Positions 61,097 to 64,000 of a DNA stretch of 64,000 bases are shown piece by piece. Position 1 is the first letter of the stretch. The number at the start of each line of letters is the position of its first letter. Source of the stretch: Candidatus Bathyarchaeota archaeon (GTDB lineage: Archaea > Thermoproteota > Bathyarchaeia > Bathyarchaeales > Bathycorpusculaceae); the NCBI GenBank assembly GCA_963767735.1, contig CAVYES010000004.1:448001-512000 (forward strand), given 5' to 3'. The notes under the pieces are model-generated. The model worked only from the letters and a program-made list of their open reading frames with translations. It searched no databases and was not told the origin of the DNA. The translations under genes were made by a program, and so were the position numbers.

Positions 61097-61830
61097 CCGC
61101 TTGGATGCCGTGGAAGATAGCGCGCAAGGAGTTGAAGGTGATCAGCAGAAAAAAGAGCATAATGTTCTATACCATTGCGCTTCCCCTTCTTATGGCCGTT
61201 CTTTTTTCACTCGTCATCAGAAATCAAGTAGCCTCTGGAATTCCCACGGCGCAACAACTACAACTTGGTGCAGAATCAATCATTTACTTGTACGTTGTTT
61301 TAGCCGCTGCTCTGCCTAGTACGATTGCAGCCTACAGTATAGTGGGCGAAAAGATTGAGAAGACGTTGGAACCTTTGCTCGCGACCCCCACGACTGACGG
61401 CGAAATTCTTCTTGGGAAAAGCATCGCAGCGTTCTTGCCGCCTTTGCTCTCGACGTGGGCCGGAGTGTCAATCTTCATGGCGGCATCGGACTACATACTG
61501 CACAACGCGGGGTTAGGCTACTATTATTTTCCCAATTGGAACGCGGGGGTTATGCTGTTAATCCTCGTGCCTCTCGCAGCAGTTTTCAGCGTTGAAGTAG
61601 GCGTGATTGCTTCATCCCGCGTGAGCGATGTACGAGGCGCAAACCAGATCTCGGGCCTGATGTTTATTCCGTTCATGGCTGTCTTTCTTGCGGGAGTAGA
61701 AGGAATCATTACACTAAGCATCAATACCCTACTGGTCTTCGCCGTCGGCGTGCTCATTGTCGATTTAGCTTTATATTTCGTGAGCACAGGCACTTTTAAG
61801 CGAGAAGAAATACTTACAAAGTGGAAATGA
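61093..61830 (+). CDS. ABC-2 type permease
   Basis: SIVGEK..KTLEPLLATP, ILLGK. Confidence 0.88.
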   Translation: MTAWMPWKIARKELKVISRKKSIMFYTIALPLLMAVLFSLVIRNQVASGIPTAQQLQLGAESIIYLYVVLAAALPSTIAAYSIVGEKIEKTLEPLLATPTTDGEILLGKSIAAFLPPLLSTWAGVSIFMAASDYILHNAGLGYYYFPNWNAGVMLLILVPLAAVFSVEVGVIASSRVSDVRGANQISGLMFIPFMAVFLAGVEGIITLSINTLLVFAVGVLIVDLALYFVSTGTFKREEILTKWK

Positions 61831-61931
61831 GGCAAGATCGATTGTGCGAGAAGGCCCACATGAACTCAACCATTGGGCACGTCAATTGTTTCAACAAAGT
61901 TTAAAAATCCCATTAAGAATGATTTGAAATC

Positions 61932-61994
61932 ATGGCGGGTGAGTGGACCTCCATCCGTTCCGCCATAATAAAACCCGGAGTAGGAGGAAAAAAT
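61932..61994 (+). promoter_or_regulatory. structured 5' UTR, candidate translational riboswitch
   Basis: TTTAAAAA TATA at 61900; stem 61932-61938/61960-61966; loop CCTCC complementary to SD GGAGG 61983-61987. Confidence 0.5.
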
Positions 61995-62114
61995 TTGAAA
62001 ACCATAAAAACAAAAATAGCCATATTGAGTAATTTAGCCATTTTATATGTGGCGTTAACCCAAATTTTAACCATGCAGTCTTTTCATTCTTCCCCTTGTG
62101 AGGTGAAAGTATGA
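61995..62114 (+). pseudogene. N-terminal remnant of a QueT-like transporter
   Basis: MKTIKTKIAILSNLAILYVALTQIL resembles QueT TM1 (..ALYVALT); strong SD; stop overlaps the queC start. Confidence 0.5.
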
Positions 62115-62874
62115 GGAAAGCGGTAGTGATGTGCAGCGGAGGCGTTGATTCCGTAACAGCTCTCTATTACGTTGCTAAAATTATTCGGGCTAACCCAATC
62201 TTGGTCATTAACGCCGATTACGGTCAACGGATGGTTAAGGAAGAGCGTTGGTGCGTCAAGAAAGCCGTTGAAGATTTAGAAAAACAAGGCTTCAAAAGCT
62301 CATACAAAGAAATTGATATTTCATGGATGAAAGAGCTTTCCACAAGCTTACTGGTCCAAGAGAACGTTCCCGTGCCAGAGACGCCTCAAGAAGACATCTG
62401 GGACGCAGGAAAAAGCAAAAAACAGAATCCTCAGATGGTGGGATGTCGTTCGCAACACAATGTTGCTGACTATCGGTTTGGCTCATGCAGAACACTTTGA
62501 CTTAGACAGCTACATCAAAACAAAAGAACGCGACATCTACGACGTTTACATAGGAATCAGAAGAGAAGGACCCGTCGCGATGAAAGACAACACCCCCGAA
62601 TTCGTCGCAGAGATGAATCGTCTTGTTGAGCATGCAACCCACTTTGGCGGATACAAAATCTCAGCGCCCCTGCTTGAACGTCGACAAAGACGGCGTGGTC
62701 GCACTAGGAAAAGCGTTGGGCGTAAACTACCTTTACACTTACAGTTGCTATCAAGGATGGGACTGGACAGACAAAGGCGAACCCGTTCACTGCGGATTCT
62801 GCAGCAACTGCCGACGAAGAAAAGAAGCGTTTGCGCTCGCAGGAATACAGGATCCAAGTAAATACGCTCGGTGA
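62111..62874 (+). CDS. queC: 7-cyano-7-deazaguanine synthase-like protein (two indels)
   Basis: SGGVDS PP-loop, DYGQR, TYSCY, HCGFCSNCRRR. Confidence 0.85.
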
Positions 62875-62928
62875 AAAAGATGAAGACAAAAACCATCGCT
62901 TTAGCAGCCGAGTGGCAGTGAGTTCTTT

Positions 62929-63303
62929 ATGGGGAACCTGAGAATGTATCGTTTAAGAGTTGAATCGACCTTTGACGCAGCCCACAAACTCGTTGGCTTC
63001 GTTGGAAAATGCTCTAACCTTCATGGACACACTTGGAAAGCCGAAATCTTCGTCGTAGGAAATGAACTGGACAAAATTGGAATGCTCGTAGACTTTGGAT
63101 TGCTAAAAGAAAAACTGCGCGAAATAACAGATAAACTTGACCATAGCTTTCTCAACGACTTCGATGAAATAGGCAATCCCACATCCGAAAACATTGCAAA
63201 ATACATCTTCCAAAACCTCAAAGACCTGCCGAAAAACGTAGTCTTGGAAAAAGTCAGGGTCTGGGAGAGCTCCCAAAGCTGGAGCGAATACTTTGAAAAC
63301 TGA
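62929..63303 (+). CDS. queD: 6-carboxy-5,6,7,8-tetrahydropterin synthase
   Basis: FDAAH, C.NLHGH, LDH..LN, PTSEN, VWES. Confidence 0.95.
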   Translation: MGNLRMYRLRVESTFDAAHKLVGFVGKCSNLHGHTWKAEIFVVGNELDKIGMLVDFGLLKEKLREITDKLDHSFLNDFDEIGNPTSENIAKYIFQNLKDLPKNVVLEKVRVWESSQSWSEYFEN

Positions 63304-63313
63304 ACAAGTAAAG

Positions 63314-63421
63314 ATGAGAATAGGTTTGCTTAAAGGTGGCGCAGATTCCACTAAGCGCGTACAAGAATCAAGCATCGAAGAACCGCCTATTTTGAGGTTG
63401 AAAAAAGAGGGTAAAATGTGA
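63314..63421 (+). pseudogene. 35-aa ORF, possible internally deleted second queC
   Basis: MRIGLLKGGADST resembles the PP-loop LSGGxDST; SIEEP resembles the QueC tail GIxDP; stop overlaps the queE start. Confidence 0.4.
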
Positions 63422-64000
63422 GAATCTCAGAGATTTTTTACTCCGTCGAAGGGGAAGGCATTGAGATTGGCAGAGTAGAAGTCTTTGTTAGGCTTTCGAA
63501 TTGCAACCTTAATTGCAAATGGTGCGACACAAAATATGCTGAGCAAGATGGCAGAGAAATGGAAATACAAGAGGTCCTTTCAGAAATTGAGAAGTACCCC
63601 TGCAAAAACATTTCCATAACTGGTGGAGAACCGCTCTGCCAAAGCAGTCAATTGCTTGACCTATTAAGCCAGCTAAAGAGTTTGGGTTATTGGGTGCAGA
63701 TTAATACAAACGGCACATTGTTCGACCGAAGGATTTTTGAATTAGTAGATTTGGTAAGCATGGACTGCAAGTGTCCATCTTCGGGCGAGGAAAGTAACAT
63801 GGCGGTTATAGAAAAAACCAGAGCGTTGTTTGATCATAAGACTCAACTTAAATTTGTGGTTTCAGACAAAACAGACTTAGATTACGCCAAACGCGTAATT
63901 AAAAAATTAAACCCGACCAACTCCATTATCCAACCCGAATGGACACACAGAAAATTTGCGAGTAAAATAGTGGATTCAGTTAAAAAAGACGGGTTGAACT
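63418..64000 (+). CDS. queE: 7-carboxy-7-deazaguanine synthase (radical SAM), truncated by window end
   Basis: VRISEIFYSVEGEG, FVRLSNCNLNCKWCDTKY, ITGGEPL, NTNGT. Confidence 0.93.
   Translation, partial: MRISEIFYSVEGEGIEIGRVEVFVRLSNCNLNCKWCDTKYAEQDGREMEIQEVLSEIEKYPCKNISITGGEPLCQSSQLLDLLSQLKSLGYWVQINTNGTLFDRRIFELVDLVSMDCKCPSSGEESNMAVIEKTRALFDHKTQLKFVVSDKTDLDYAKRVIKKLNPTNSIIQPEWTHRKFASKIVDSVKKDGLN

Noticed and set aside
62111-64000. queCDE as a DNA-modification (dpd) or QatABCD defence system
   Set aside because: No dpdA, TatD or ATPase partners in view; context fits preQ0/archaeosine synthesis, although downstream genes lie outside the window

Overview
64-kb chromosomal segment of an archaeon. 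Archaeal markers are the class I CCA-adding enzyme, aEF-2, a tRNA splicing endonuclease subunit, AfpA, a Nop2/Nip7 pair and TATA-type promoters. The style of the hypothetical, dockerin-tailed and PEF-tailed proteins suggests Bathyarchaeia (inference). Contents: a cobalt/cobalamin uptake and salvage locus, two glutamine synthetases, an IS200/IS605 element, a BlaI/BlaR1-HtrA-ABC island, hisS, relics of a viral head module, tRNA-processing genes and a queCDE operon cut by the window end. Many genes, including EF-2 and hisS, are split by 1-2 nt indels that are most likely long-read consensus errors. No tRNA, rRNA or CRISPR array was recognised. Best candidates for undescribed systems: (1) a pseudoknot-capable, Shine-Dalgarno-sequestering 5' UTR ahead of queT'-queCDE (candidate archaeal preQ0/preQ1-type riboswitch); (2) an archaeal BlaR1/BlaI regulon with three TACTA-N7-TAGTA operators; (3) a TGGAT-N5-ATCCA operator shared by the cobalt and B12 transporter promoters beside a wHTH regulator; (4) a radical-SAM/SPASM-like protein lacking CxxxCxxC; (5) a signal-peptide-only small ORF before a Cys/wHTH protein; (6) a 10-bp-phased repeat array before an unannotated AbrB-like gene.
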